IMG/VR virus record: IMGVR_UViG_3300002143_000172
Location: 64,001-128,000 of that record
Source: a virus
Length of the DNA stretch: 64,000 nucleotides
Reading direction: 5' to 3' (one strand)
The position numbers and the translations under genes are program-made. Below are positions 8,217 to 17,988 of the stretch, one piece after another (positions within the stretch are counted from its first letter, which is position 1; the number at the start of each line of letters is the position of its first letter). Under the pieces are notes generated by a model. That model did not search any database, was not told the DNA's origin, and saw only the letters and a list, made by a program, of their open reading frames with translations.

Positions 8217-8813
8217 ATGACACAAGATCTAGCGCAACCTCTAAAGGTAATCCAAGATTCCATCCCCACGGATATCGCTTATCAAGTAAGGGCCGAATTT
8301 GAAACAGCAGATTACGACAAAATTATCCAAGAACGAACAAGACAGTTTGCTAGAGAATTTCCGGAACCTTTACCAAATATGCCTGGTGCCGATGAAATTT
8401 ATTATTCTGAATGCTATCGTTCAAAATACTTAGAAAATAGTCCACTTGTATTAGAAACATTCAATCAACATCTAAAGCCTATTATCGAAGCAGAAACGAA
8501 TAAAGTTATTATTGATGCAGACCTACGATGCTACAAGATGACCGAAGGGGGGCATTTTAGAATACACAGAGATTCAAATAGATCCGACATTGGATTTATA
8601 CTTTATCTAAGCGAGAACTGGAAGTGGGATTGGGGTGGACTGTTGCTAGTGGTGCAGGACGACGATACTGCAACTGTTACTATTCCAAAGTTTAATCAAC
8701 TAGTCATTATGGATCACAAATATAGTCAGATGCCGCATTGCGTGACTCCAATAACTAGGTTTGCCAAAGAACCTAGATTTATACTAGTTGGATTTTTAAG
8801 ATCTAAAGATTAG
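8217..8813 (+). CDS. 2OG-Fe(II) oxygenase (prolyl-hydroxylase-like)
   Basis: HRD...ILYL..W...WGG...PKFNQLV...PHCVTP...R; start moved to the ATG after AAGGA. Confidence 0.85.
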   Translation: MTQDLAQPLKVIQDSIPTDIAYQVRAEFETADYDKIIQERTRQFAREFPEPLPNMPGADEIYYSECYRSKYLENSPLVLETFNQHLKPIIEAETNKVIIDADLRCYKMTEGGHFRIHRDSNRSDIGFILYLSENWKWDWGGLLLVVQDDDTATVTIPKFNQLVIMDHKYSQMPHCVTPITRFAKEPRFILVGFLRSKD

Positions 8814-9049
8814 TATAATTTTTTTGGAAGTTGCTGATCGGAAAGCTTCTTTAGCCAGCGGGCTCTAGCCGCGCCCTTCTTTCTCTTGCGGGCAGTAGTT
8901 GGCTTTTCATAAAACATTCTACTCTTAAGCTCTTCTAATTTTCCAGAGTCGTCAACTTTCTGTTTAAACTTGCGTAGTGCAACATTTATAGGCATAGTGT
9001 CTGTTAAGACAACTTTAATACCTTGAATTATTTCTTTACTTTTGCTCAT
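8810..9049 (-). CDS. rpsU: Ribosomal protein bS21
   Basis: ALRKFKQKV...FYEKPTTARKRKK signature. Confidence 0.93.
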   Translation of the reverse strand: MSKSKEIIQGIKVVLTDTMPINVALRKFKQKVDDSGKLEELKSRMFYEKPTTARKRKKGAARARWLKKLSDQQLPKKLY

Positions 9050-10265
9050 TTTTCTCTTTTTTATCGAATATCATCACCGCAGGGGTTCCGGAAATTGTTT
9101 CTTTACTTATCACTATCTTGTTTAAACCACGCTCAACTAAGTTCATAGCGTCAAATTGATAGGGTAATAGTGTTTTTTCTAGAATATTCTTAAGGCCGCG
9201 AGCATTAGTTTTTAGCTCTTTGGCTCTTCTCGCAATCTCTTTTAAAGCCGATGTTTCAAATTGTAGATCGATCCCATCAATTTCAAAAATATACTGATAC
9301 TGCTTGCTAGGACTATTTTTTGTTTCTGTAAGTATTTGTACCAGTTGATTTTCAGTTAGTTCATCTACATTGGTAATGATTCCAAATCTTCCAACAAATT
9401 CTGGAATAAATCCGTATTGTATTAAATCTTTAGGAATCACTTCTCGATAGTGGTCTGACTGTTGTGATGCTGTAGGAATTGCTGAATGGAATCCGACTCC
9501 TCTATTTTCTAATCTTGATTTAACGATCTTTTCTAATCCAACAAATGACCCGCCGCAGATAAACAAGATTCCCGATGTATCAATTTCTTGCATATCACCG
9601 CCCGGGTGCTTTCTCTTTCCGGTGTGCGGTACTCGCATAATACTACCTTCGATCATCTTTAGCAGAGCTTGTTGTACACCCTCTCCACTTACATCTCGAC
9701 TAATATTGACACTTTCACCTTTCCGAGCAATCTTATCAATTTCGTCAATGTAAACGATTCCTCTGCTGGCTTTTTCTATATCTCCGTCTGCTTCATTAAT
9801 AAGTCGTAGTAGAATACTTTCAACATCGTCGCCCACATATCCTGCTTCTGTAACACTAGTGGCATCGCAAATTGCAAAAGGTAGATCTAGAAATTCAGCA
9901 ATTTTTCGGGCTAGCATTGTTTTGCCGCATCCTGTTGGTCCCAGGAGTAGCACATTAGTTTTTTCTAATTTGATGTCTTTGCTAGGATTAAAAATTCGTT
10001 TGAAATGTTGACTAATTGCCACACTTAAACTTATCTTTGCATCTTCCTGTCCTGTAATGTATTCGTCGAGATAGTCTTTAATTAAGCAAGGATTTAACAC
10101 TTTCTTGTCTGACGGGAACGCTTTAATCTTTTCATCCTCTAAGATGTTAACACAAAGATCTATGCAATCATTACATATGGCGGCGTGATCACCAACGATC
10201 AACTTCGTAACATCTTCTTTGCTTTTGCCGCAAAAATCACAACTGTGGTTCACTTGTTTTGGCAC
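9036..10265 (-). CDS. clpX: ClpX AAA+ unfoldase
   Basis: C4 Zn domain, GPTGCGKT, GYVG, IDEIDK, RDVSGEGVQQALL, RKH, VGF loop. Confidence 0.97.
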   Translation of the reverse strand: MPKQVNHSCDFCGKSKEDVTKLIVGDHAAICNDCIDLCVNILEDEKIKAFPSDKKVLNPCLIKDYLDEYITGQEDAKISLSVAISQHFKRIFNPSKDIKLEKTNVLLLGPTGCGKTMLARKIAEFLDLPFAICDATSVTEAGYVGDDVESILLRLINEADGDIEKASRGIVYIDEIDKIARKGESVNISRDVSGEGVQQALLKMIEGSIMRVPHTGKRKHPGGDMQEIDTSGILFICGGSFVGLEKIVKSRLENRGVGFHSAIPTASQQSDHYREVIPKDLIQYGFIPEFVGRFGIITNVDELTENQLVQILTETKNSPSKQYQYIFEIDGIDLQFETSALKEIARRAKELKTNARGLKNILEKTLLPYQFDAMNLVERGLNKIVISKETISGTPAVMIFDKKEKNEQK

Positions 10266-10650
10266 TGTTTAATACGCTCTCTAAAAAATGTTCTATATGA
10301 GTTACCCTATTTGAATTAATGTGATCATAAATTCCCGAAAGATTTACATCTTCAGTTTTATAATAAACACCATTTCTACTTAGGATATATCCGCTCAAAG
10401 CCTGCGTAATAATATTTACACAATCAATGTTTATATACTTATACTCAGATCGGTTAAGGGCGTACAAAAACCAAACAATATTAGCTTCACTGCTATACAC
10501 ATACAAATTTAAATCTTCTGGGACATCGTGAGTTGCTAACCACTTACTAACAAAATCTTGTTCTTCCTCTGACATGTGAATTAGGAATATACTTTTATTG
10601 CTATTCTCAAAAATGTCAGGTGGGGTAATTAGAGTAATATTTCCCTGCAC
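10237..10650 (-). CDS. Hypothetical protein
   Basis: 137-aa ORF in operon context. Confidence 0.75.
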   Translation of the reverse strand: MQGNITLITPPDIFENSNKSIFLIHMSEEEQDFVSKWLATHDVPEDLNLYVYSSEANIVWFLYALNRSEYKYINIDCVNIITQALSGYILSRNGVYYKTEDVNLSGIYDHINSNRVTHIEHFLESVLNSAKTSEPQL

Positions 10651-10652
10651 AG

Positions 10653-11951
10653 TTATTCCTTATTGGGTAGTTTGGTCTTGGACCAAAGTCCACTTTGACC
10701 TTGTTCTTCATTCTGAACATAGAGAGTAGAATCAACCGCAGTTTCTACTTTAGGAGGGACAGCGCCTCTACGGTAAGTCTGCCCGTTTACAGTAACATAC
10801 TCCCCGCTTGCAAATTGTTTCTCTTCAAGTTTGGGTAATGTTGGTTCTTCCAGCTTCTGTTGCACAACTTCCTCAGTAATCGAAGTCATGGTTTCTGGAG
10901 ACTTGAACACTTTCACTTCTGGAAGATTTTTACGAGACCTAGAAATAATGGTCCTAATAGATTTACTAGGTTTGGCAAGTTCGGCCGTTTGTTGGACTGG
11001 CTTAACAACGGGTTCTGTGACAGTGGGGTCCTGGACAGCTATGACTGACTCAGTTCCTAGTGGGCTGTCACCCTCCGCCAATTCTTCAGTTGGAATAGGA
11101 GCAGTGGGCACGGGAACAACACCTACGATAGTACCTTCACTGTCTTGTATTAGATCGCCTTCTTTTTGTTGATCGCTTTTTCTAAATTGAGCAAAACTAT
11201 ATTGGCTTGCTAGTAGTAGTATAACCGCTAGAGGATCGAATACTACGATAAGGATAATAATGACCCATGTAACAGCCTTTTCTAATACTGCTTGCTCTGT
11301 GTCGCCATAGATAAACGATGCGATGTATTTTATTGGACCAACTTCGGCTTCGACTTTTCTAACCTCTGCCGCAATTGGAGCTCGTTCTTCATTAAGTGCG
11401 GTAACCTTTTTCTGTTCAGTTTCGATCTCAGCAAGTAACCTAGTGCGTTCTTTCCGTTGAGTACGCCGTATCGCCACAGCCTTATCCGCACCTTTCTCGT
11501 CTGAACTTCGACCCATAACTTGATCAACAGCCTCGTCCATTTGCTTAAGAGCCTTGCGGTTAACATCTATATTTTCCTTTGATACTTTAATTTTTTCATC
11601 ATAAACTGATATCTTGGCTAAAACATCACCGCTGACTAAACTTTGCTCACTGTGTGCTTTAGACAAGAAACCAAAAATACCCATGCTGGTAATCAGCATC
11701 AGCACCATGATAGCAACGCCCAGATAGATTCTAATGGGCCAGGGAGATAATTCCCAATTTTGTTTGAGCCATAGTGTTGCGGAGATCTTTCCAATGCCCA
11801 ATGCAATTCCCATAATAACTACAGGAATAACTGCGGCGGCAAAAATTGCAGTGAGACCTAGGATACTGTAGTATTCTGCAACTACTGAAATTGCTAGCCC
11901 GCTAATCAAGGCGAGGAATGCTATAAACTTCTCATTTGTTGTTGGTTTCAT
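10653..11951 (-). CDS. Membrane protein with coiled coil and low-complexity tail
   Basis: Three N-terminal TM segments, coiled coil, further TM segment VVFDPLAVILL. Confidence 0.75.
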   Translation of the reverse strand: MKPTTNEKFIAFLALISGLAISVVAEYYSILGLTAIFAAAVIPVVIMGIALGIGKISATLWLKQNWELSPWPIRIYLGVAIMVLMLITSMGIFGFLSKAHSEQSLVSGDVLAKISVYDEKIKVSKENIDVNRKALKQMDEAVDQVMGRSSDEKGADKAVAIRRTQRKERTRLLAEIETEQKKVTALNEERAPIAAEVRKVEAEVGPIKYIASFIYGDTEQAVLEKAVTWVIIILIVVFDPLAVILLLASQYSFAQFRKSDQQKEGDLIQDSEGTIVGVVPVPTAPIPTEELAEGDSPLGTESVIAVQDPTVTEPVVKPVQQTAELAKPSKSIRTIISRSRKNLPEVKVFKSPETMTSITEEVVQQKLEEPTLPKLEEKQFASGEYVTVNGQTYRRGAVPPKVETAVDSTLYVQNEEQGQSGLWSKTKLPNKE

Positions 11952-11962
11952 ATTATCTATAT

Positions 11963-12487
11963 TTATTCAAATAATCCTTTCCAAGTTTTTATTAAAATCT
12001 TTGGTTTTCTTTGGATATTCTTTTCGTCGTTTATGTTTCCAATTGGTTTATCACCCACAAGTTCAACATATTTTTTAATTAGGTAAGTTTCCATTGCAAG
12101 TACTTCGTCCCACCAATTGATAGTTATAAACGGATATTGTGTGCAGTCGTACACAGTAATGGTGAGTTTTGTATGATCGATTCCAAATCCATACAAAATT
12201 TCAAAGGCTTCTTCAGTAATTCGAAAGGCAGATCCACTGTTCCCGGTGAGTCTCTTATTACCCCAACTTTTACAATTTCCAATTTGTCGATAAAGGCGCT
12301 CACCGTAATTTTTAGAATTATCTCCGCTCATTCCATATTTGATAACAATACCGTTATACACAATACGATACAAGTATTTTCTTATTTTGAATTGTTTCAA
12401 AATCCTCGAAATATCAAACGGAACATCGAGCGTATGCCCTAATATAGTATGTTGGGGAATTAAATTCCAATTTATTGATGTATCCAT
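11963..12487 (-). CDS. Hypothetical protein, possibly GIY-YIG-like nuclease
   Basis: YLYRI-x6-IKYGMS...R...E...P.GN pattern. Confidence 0.5.
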   Translation of the reverse strand: MDTSINWNLIPQHTILGHTLDVPFDISRILKQFKIRKYLYRIVYNGIVIKYGMSGDNSKNYGERLYRQIGNCKSWGNKRLTGNSGSAFRITEEAFEILYGFGIDHTKLTITVYDCTQYPFITINWWDEVLAMETYLIKKYVELVGDKPIGNINDEKNIQRKPKILIKTWKGLFE

Positions 12488-12489
12488 AT

Positions 12490-12879
12490 TTATCGCCTCA
12501 TTCTGCTAATATCTCTAGCCTGTTCATCACTAAAAACAGGTATAGCATTGCTCTTATGCATGGTACCTATACCAATAATTTTATTTCCAGTATAGACCTT
12601 GTCGGGCGCCTTAGTGCATGGCTCCCAAGTCGTTATTAGGCTGGGGATTTTTGGATCGTTAGCACCACGATAACTAGGCCTAGGTGCAGTATAGGGTTCT
12701 GCAGATAGCCCACGATTTTTCTTCCTAGCCGCAGTTTCTACTTCGTGCTTCTTTAGCAGTTCTTTCCAAGAAGCATCAAGGTCTCGAGCTTTTTTAGCCG
12801 CTTCAGCAGTTCGAAACTTACGCTTGCCCTTTTTCTTTCCGGTCGTAGATAACCACGGACCTTCGAGGTGCATGGTCAT
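12490..12879 (-). CDS. Basic hypothetical phage protein
   Basis: 129-aa ORF; YTG.KIIGIGTMHKSNAIPVF. Confidence 0.75.
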   Translation of the reverse strand: MTMHLEGPWLSTTGKKKGKRKFRTAEAAKKARDLDASWKELLKKHEVETAARKKNRGLSAEPYTAPRPSYRGANDPKIPSLITTWEPCTKAPDKVYTGNKIIGIGTMHKSNAIPVFSDEQARDISRMRR

Positions 12880-12884
12880 AGCTA

Positions 12885-13211
12885 TTAAGCAACAACAGGT
12901 TCTGCAATGATGATAGGCTGAGCCAGTGTGGCTTCAATTTCTTTCTGGTGCTTTTTAGGCAATCCAGTGAAACGAAGAATTGTGCCGTCTGCAGAAATCT
13001 TAAATGATCCTGCAACAACCCAAATCTGCTCACCGCCGGCTTGTACACCTGCGAGCTTTCGTACTACACCGTTAAGTGTGCCGTTAGCAGTATACTTTCC
13101 AATATTCCAATGATAAGTGGCTTTATTACCATTCCAGGTTTGACCAAAGATATCTCCAGAATTTTTAGTACAAAAACTCTTCAATGCTTCAACAGTTTTT
13201 TCAGCGGACAT
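12885..13211 (-). CDS. Hypothetical protein
   Basis: Start moved to MSAEK after SD AAGGAG. Confidence 0.7.
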   Translation of the reverse strand: MSAEKTVEALKSFCTKNSGDIFGQTWNGNKATYHWNIGKYTANGTLNGVVRKLAGVQAGGEQIWVVAGSFKISADGTILRFTGLPKKHQKEIEATLAQPIIIAEPVVA

Positions 13212-13299
13212 GTTAATCTCCTTATGTGTATGTCTAGTTACTATTATATGGTAAACCCAATAAAAGAGCAACCACTTTTTTAACCAAATAAATATTTCC

Positions 13300-14673
13300 A
13301 TGACGAAACTAGTAATATTTGATCTCGACGGTGTGCTAATTGAAAGTCGAGAATTGCATTACCAAAGTCTCAACGATGCCCTGCGTAGCATTGATCCAAA
13401 ATATGTAATAACCAGAGATGAACATCTATCAGTTTACGACGGGCTCAATACAACCAAAAAGCTAAAGATGCTGTCCGAAACTAAAGGACTGCCTGCCGAA
13501 TACCACGATATGGTTTGGCAAAGAAAACAAATGGCAACCTTTGAGCTTATTAAAAAGTTTGGACTAGATGATAATCTAATTAACATATTTTCCAAATTAA
13601 AATCTCTAGGTTATCTAATTGCTGTAGCCAGCAATAGCATTAGAGAAACGGTTAAGTTAAGTTTGTTAAAAATTGGTGTTATGGAATATGTTGATTACTA
13701 TGTCAGCAATCAAGATGTGACACACCCAAAACCATTTCCGGAAATGTATTGGAAGTGCATGAGCACATTAAAGGCCTTGCCAAAAGATACACTGATCGTC
13801 GAAGACAGTCATATTGGCAGGCAAGGTGCGTTGGACAGCGGTGCCATATTACTAGCCGTAGAAGACTCTCATGATGTTACATGGGATAAGATTGATAAGA
13901 GATTACAACAAATGAGTTCTCAAATGACAACAAACAACATCCCTTGGAAAGACAGCAGATTGAATGTATTAGTTCCCATGGCAGGTGCGGGCAGTAGATT
14001 TGCACAACAAGGATACACATTTCCAAAACCGTTAATTGAAGTTAATGGAAAGCCGATGATCCAAGCTGTTGTAGAGAATCTGAACATTGACGCACACTAT
14101 ATTTTCATTGTTCAGCAAGAGCATTATGAAAAGTATAATCTCAAGTACTTGCTAAACCTAATTGCTCCAGGTTGCGACATTGTTCAGATTAATGGAATCA
14201 CGGAAGGCGCGGCCTGTTCAACATTGCTGGCCAAAGAATACATTGATAGTGATGCTCCGTTAGTCATGGCTAACAGCGATCAATATGTTGAATGGAACAG
14301 CAACGAATGTATGTATGCCTTTACCGCAGATGCTATCGATGGCGGAATTATTACTTTCGAAGCGAGTCATCCAAAATGGAGTTATGCTAAACTAGGCACC
14401 GATGGGTTTGTTAGCGAAGTAGCCGAAAAGAAAGTTATCAGTAACGAAGCCACCGTAGGAATCTACTATTGGAAGAAAGGCAGTGACTATGTTAAGTATG
14501 CAGAACAAATGATTGAAAAGAATATCCGTGTTAATAACGAATTTTATGTTTGCCCTGTGTTCAATGAAGCAATTGAAGATGGCAAAAAGATTAAGGTCAA
14601 GCGTGTTGAAAAAATGTGGGGTATTGGTACGCCCGAAGATTTAGAACATTTCTTAAAATATCACGAACAGTGA
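13300..14673 (+). CDS. HAD phosphatase fused to sugar nucleotidyltransferase
   Basis: FDLDGVL, KPFP, VEDS; C-terminal PMAGAGSRF...PKPLI...GTPEDL. Confidence 0.9.
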   Translation: MTKLVIFDLDGVLIESRELHYQSLNDALRSIDPKYVITRDEHLSVYDGLNTTKKLKMLSETKGLPAEYHDMVWQRKQMATFELIKKFGLDDNLINIFSKLKSLGYLIAVASNSIRETVKLSLLKIGVMEYVDYYVSNQDVTHPKPFPEMYWKCMSTLKALPKDTLIVEDSHIGRQGALDSGAILLAVEDSHDVTWDKIDKRLQQMSSQMTTNNIPWKDSRLNVLVPMAGAGSRFAQQGYTFPKPLIEVNGKPMIQAVVENLNIDAHYIFIVQQEHYEKYNLKYLLNLIAPGCDIVQINGITEGAACSTLLAKEYIDSDAPLVMANSDQYVEWNSNECMYAFTADAIDGGIITFEASHPKWSYAKLGTDGFVSEVAEKKVISNEATVGIYYWKKGSDYVKYAEQMIEKNIRVNNEFYVCPVFNEAIEDGKKIKVKRVEKMWGIGTPEDLEHFLKYHEQ

Positions 14674-15378
14674 TCAATTGCGGATTTTTAGTAAACGCAA
14701 CAATTCAAAAATTTTAATCCACATCCACCCTATATCAAATTCAAACCAGCGGCGACTAAGACGAGGATTGCCGGGTTCAAGATGATGATTATTGTGCAGA
14801 CATTCACCGCCAATAAGAATGCCCCAAGGACTAATGTTCCTACTTTGATCTTTAGTTTCACCATTACGATACCCCCACCAGTGACCTAGCCCGTTGATAA
14901 CGCCAGCGGCCCAGAATGGAATCCATATCATTTGAATACTCCACACTAGCAGTCCCCATGGGCCAAAAAGAACAAGGTCTATGACCAGCATTAAAGCTAT
15001 GCCCAGGCGACTGTGTGGAGTATATATTTTTTGTTCAATCCAATCATCGGGTGTACCTACACCATACTGTTGAATCATTTTAGAATCTTTACTTGCAGAG
15101 TGGTACAGGACTGCACCCTTAGATAACACACGCCAAATTCCATATACATGGGGGCTATGTGGATCACCTTCAACATCACTAAACCTATGATGCTTGCGAT
15201 GTATAGCAACCCATTGTTTAGTAACCATGCCCGTTGTCATCCAGAGCCAAAACCGCATCAAGTGGCTTAACACGGGATGGAATTCTAATCCCTTGTGTGC
15301 CTGGCCTCTGTGAAGGAATACCGTGACACAAATTATTGTAATGTGAGTAACTATTAAAGTATATAGGAATAGATTCAT
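14674..15378 (-). CDS. Delta-9-type fatty acid desaturase
   Basis: His boxes HRGQAH, HRKHH, HNNHH. Confidence 0.93.
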   Translation of the reverse strand: MNLFLYTLIVTHITIICVTVFLHRGQAHKGLEFHPVLSHLMRFWLWMTTGMVTKQWVAIHRKHHRFSDVEGDPHSPHVYGIWRVLSKGAVLYHSASKDSKMIQQYGVGTPDDWIEQKIYTPHSRLGIALMLVIDLVLFGPWGLLVWSIQMIWIPFWAAGVINGLGHWWGYRNGETKDQSRNISPWGILIGGECLHNNHHLEPGNPRLSRRWFEFDIGWMWIKIFELLRLLKIRN

Positions 15379-15409
15379 ACTATTACTTATAACTCTAGAT
15401 AAGGCGATA

Positions 15410-15982
15410 TTATGCCCATATTACTTCGCAACCATTAACTACTTCTGTTTTAGTAATTGCTAGTTTTTCTTTTAAGAGATCTTCCGGAATGCTGATAATA
15501 TCTCGATTCATTTTTTTCTCATCTAGCCTACCTGCCTCAAGCCACTTATGTCGTTCATTGAGCAAATGCTCCAAAATGACTTTAACATTATCGGGTTGAC
15601 TAACATCATACATCCGGATCAATTCTAGATTAGCTTTATTTCGAGTAGATAAAATATACCTCGGATACTCGAGATTGCCCATGGCATGGAATTGGAAAAC
15701 GGCATCTGGGTAAAGTCCTGACCGCTTTTTCTTTTCAACCCGACTACACTTTTGCTCGATAATAACTTCGTTGGATTTAGCGTCCTCACCATTCCTGGAA
15801 AAGTTAATATTGTAATCTGCATCGTATTTCGACACAACTTCGTGAATACAAAGCGAACTTAAAGTATCGTTGTCTAGCACATCAATTTTATGCTTTTTAT
15901 ATGCTTCTTCTCGTAGTTCAAAGATCTTTTTTCGAACTTCGTTAAGATCTGCAATAACGGATTTATCCAAGTAATTTGCCAT
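15410..15982 (-). CDS. Hypothetical protein (possible PD-(D/E)xK nuclease fold)
   Basis: 190-aa ORF with GEDA...IEQK; own sigma70-type promoter. Confidence 0.6.
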   Translation of the reverse strand: MANYLDKSVIADLNEVRKKIFELREEAYKKHKIDVLDNDTLSSLCIHEVVSKYDADYNINFSRNGEDAKSNEVIIEQKCSRVEKKKRSGLYPDAVFQFHAMGNLEYPRYILSTRNKANLELIRMYDVSQPDNVKVILEHLLNERHKWLEAGRLDEKKMNRDIISIPEDLLKEKLAITKTEVVNGCEVIWA

Positions 15983-16004
15983 AGTTTTTTACCTTTCTGC
16001 TAAT

Positions 16005-16033
16005 ATTGTAACAGACCAATGACTTATTGTCAA
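16005..16033 (-). promoter_or_regulatory. Sigma70-type promoter
   Basis: TTGACA-17-TACAAT with extended TG. Confidence 0.7.
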
Positions 16034-16034
16034 G

Positions 16035-16448
16035 TTATTTGGTTTGTTCACCTAAAATCTTATATCCCTTGCCCGTAGGATGTATTCTGTCTGGACTCAT
16101 ATGTGCTTCTGGTCTATTAAGTATCGTATCGCCATATTCTTTGGCAATGCGTTCGATTGCATCTTGGGGGATTGGCTTTCGGTCCTTACCGGGACTGATC
16201 CAAAATACTCGTTGACCTTTTATTGCGGCCCGCATCTTACGCAACTCTTGCTCAGTTTTTACACCCTTGTGATCGTTAGCGCCTAAACTAATAATTACAG
16301 TTTTAGAAGGTTCTGCAGATGCCTTGTCCAAATAATCTTTATTCCATTGCCAACTGTTCCAGCCGCCGTGAGCATAGGCTACGCATTCTGGTCTAGCCAT
16401 ATGTGTACCGACTGCAATACTATCACCGATAATGAGACATTCTACCAT
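16035..16448 (-). CDS. SGNH/GDSL hydrolase
   Basis: IIGDSIA, SLGAND, DRIHP. Confidence 0.9.
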   Translation of the reverse strand: MVECLIIGDSIAVGTHMARPECVAYAHGGWNSWQWNKDYLDKASAEPSKTVIISLGANDHKGVKTEQELRKMRAAIKGQRVFWISPGKDRKPIPQDAIERIAKEYGDTILNRPEAHMSPDRIHPTGKGYKILGEQTK

Positions 16449-16469
16449 ACTAGTTCCCTGTTATTAAAA

Positions 16470-16497
16470 ACAAAAAGGACCATTACGGTCCTTTTTG
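16470..16497. terminator. Intrinsic terminator
   Basis: CAAAAAGGACC-ATTAC-GGTCCTTTTTG. Confidence 0.8.
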
Positions 16498-16525
16498 ATT
16501 TACTCTGTCTAATCTTTAAAATTGA

Positions 16526-17239
16526 TTAGAATGCTTTTGATACTGATACAACAACTGCGTCTTTGTACAACTTCTGACCAGCAATAGTATTAGCTGTTTT
16601 AGCAGATGCACTTAGTCCATTGTTGGTGTAGTAATGAGCACCAACACCGTAACCTGCTAGGTTATATGTTGCACCAACTTTGATATCATCGTAGCCAAGT
16701 GCTGAATGATTCTCAACAATGGTACGACCGTAGTGTGCGTTAGCAGTCAAGTTCTTAGTGATTGGATAAGCTAAGTCAGCTTGAAGGTATTGTGAACCTT
16801 TACTGTTAACTGCGCCAAAGTAGTCGCTCAATGAACGGCTATACTTAACACTAACTGGACCTGTGGCAACACCTACGAATACTTCGTTTGTATTGGCGTT
16901 GGATGAGAACTTATTGCCAGCTTGTGAATAAAAATAGTTATAGGTACCAACATCAACTGTTACACCTTTCATTACTTCTTTCTTGTAGCCAGCATATAGA
17001 TCACTTTCTAGGCCAGTGCTGTCTGTGTACATATTGCTACTGACATTGCTGTTCCAGTTACCGACATAAAAACCACTCTTGTCAGCATAATCGATGCCGC
17101 CTTGTAGAGCTACCGATTTCTGTGTTTGACTGATACCACGGAAACGGTAATCACTTGTTGCACCTAGATTACCTGATACTTGTGCTTGGGCGGCAGTTAC
17201 ACCTGCTACCAACAATACTGCTAATAATAACTTCTTCAT
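16526..17239 (-). CDS. TorF/TIGR02001-family outer-membrane beta-barrel (putative porin)
   Basis: Signal peptide; SDYRFRGISQT, ALQGGIDY, GFYVGNW, E.DLYAGY; terminal Phe. Confidence 0.88.
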   Translation of the reverse strand: MKKLLLAVLLVAGVTAAQAQVSGNLGATSDYRFRGISQTQKSVALQGGIDYADKSGFYVGNWNSNVSSNMYTDSTGLESDLYAGYKKEVMKGVTVDVGTYNYFYSQAGNKFSSNANTNEVFVGVATGPVSVKYSRSLSDYFGAVNSKGSQYLQADLAYPITKNLTANAHYGRTIVENHSALGYDDIKVGATYNLAGYGVGAHYYTNNGLSASAKTANTIAGQKLYKDAVVVSVSKAF

Positions 17240-17286
17240 AATTTTACATTCCTTTTTATAGATGACTGCTACGAGTCATTAGTTAC

Positions 17287-17315
17287 ATTTTATTTATTTT
17301 AGGTCTATTTGTCAA
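17287..17315 (-). promoter_or_regulatory. Sigma70-type promoter overlapping a TAAATA box
   Basis: TTGACA-17-TAAAAT. Confidence 0.65.
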
Positions 17316-17350
17316 GTAAATTATTGGTATATCTTCGCCAATAATCTATC

Positions 17351-17887
17351 TTATCTAGTAGCTTCGAGGTACTTCATTACATTTTCTGGACTACTTTCGC
17401 CGTAAGGATCATCTGGATGATTATCTTCACGACCAGGTTCTGTAAATAGCTTGTCACGAACCATGTCAGTTAATACAGCGGCATAGCGATGACTACGCAG
17501 TCCAAATCCAATATTGGATTTACTTACCAACATTCCCATCAATCGAGTGAAGTCGCCATTACCATCGGCTAACATCTTCACTTTTTTAATTCCTAACTGT
17601 CGAGCCCATTCGTTCATTACAAACGCATCGTTAACGCTGATACAATAGATCTCATCGATACCAAATGCTTTGAATTCGTCGTACTTTTCTTCAAAGCCCG
17701 GTAGTTGGTGAGTCGAGCATGTAGGGGTAAAGGCGCCCGGCAGGCTAAAAATGATTACTCGTTTGCCACCAAATAAATCTTTAGTGGTCTTGTGAACAAA
17801 CTCACCACCAATTGGACAACCACCACCTTCGGGCGGTTCATCTCCTTGCCTAAGTGCGAATGTTACTTCTGGTGCAAAATATGGCAT
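17351..17887 (-). CDS. Peroxiredoxin (Prx5 family)
   Basis: LPGAFTPTCS, SVNDAFVM, DGNGDFT. Confidence 0.95.
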   Translation of the reverse strand: MPYFAPEVTFALRQGDEPPEGGGCPIGGEFVHKTTKDLFGGKRVIIFSLPGAFTPTCSTHQLPGFEEKYDEFKAFGIDEIYCISVNDAFVMNEWARQLGIKKVKMLADGNGDFTRLMGMLVSKSNIGFGLRSHRYAAVLTDMVRDKLFTEPGREDNHPDDPYGESSPENVMKYLEATR

Positions 17888-17937
17888 AATCTGTGTCTCC
17901 TAAAGTATTAGTTATCACTAGATCGTAGGGGTGATAA

Positions 17938-17965
17938 AAAAATAGGTCCTCACAGGACCTATTTT
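17938..17965. terminator. Intrinsic terminator after the radical SAM gene
   Basis: AAAATAGGTCC-TCACA-GGACCTATTTT. Confidence 0.8.
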
Positions 17966-17988
17966 AATAGTAAAGTTTGTATTAGAAC

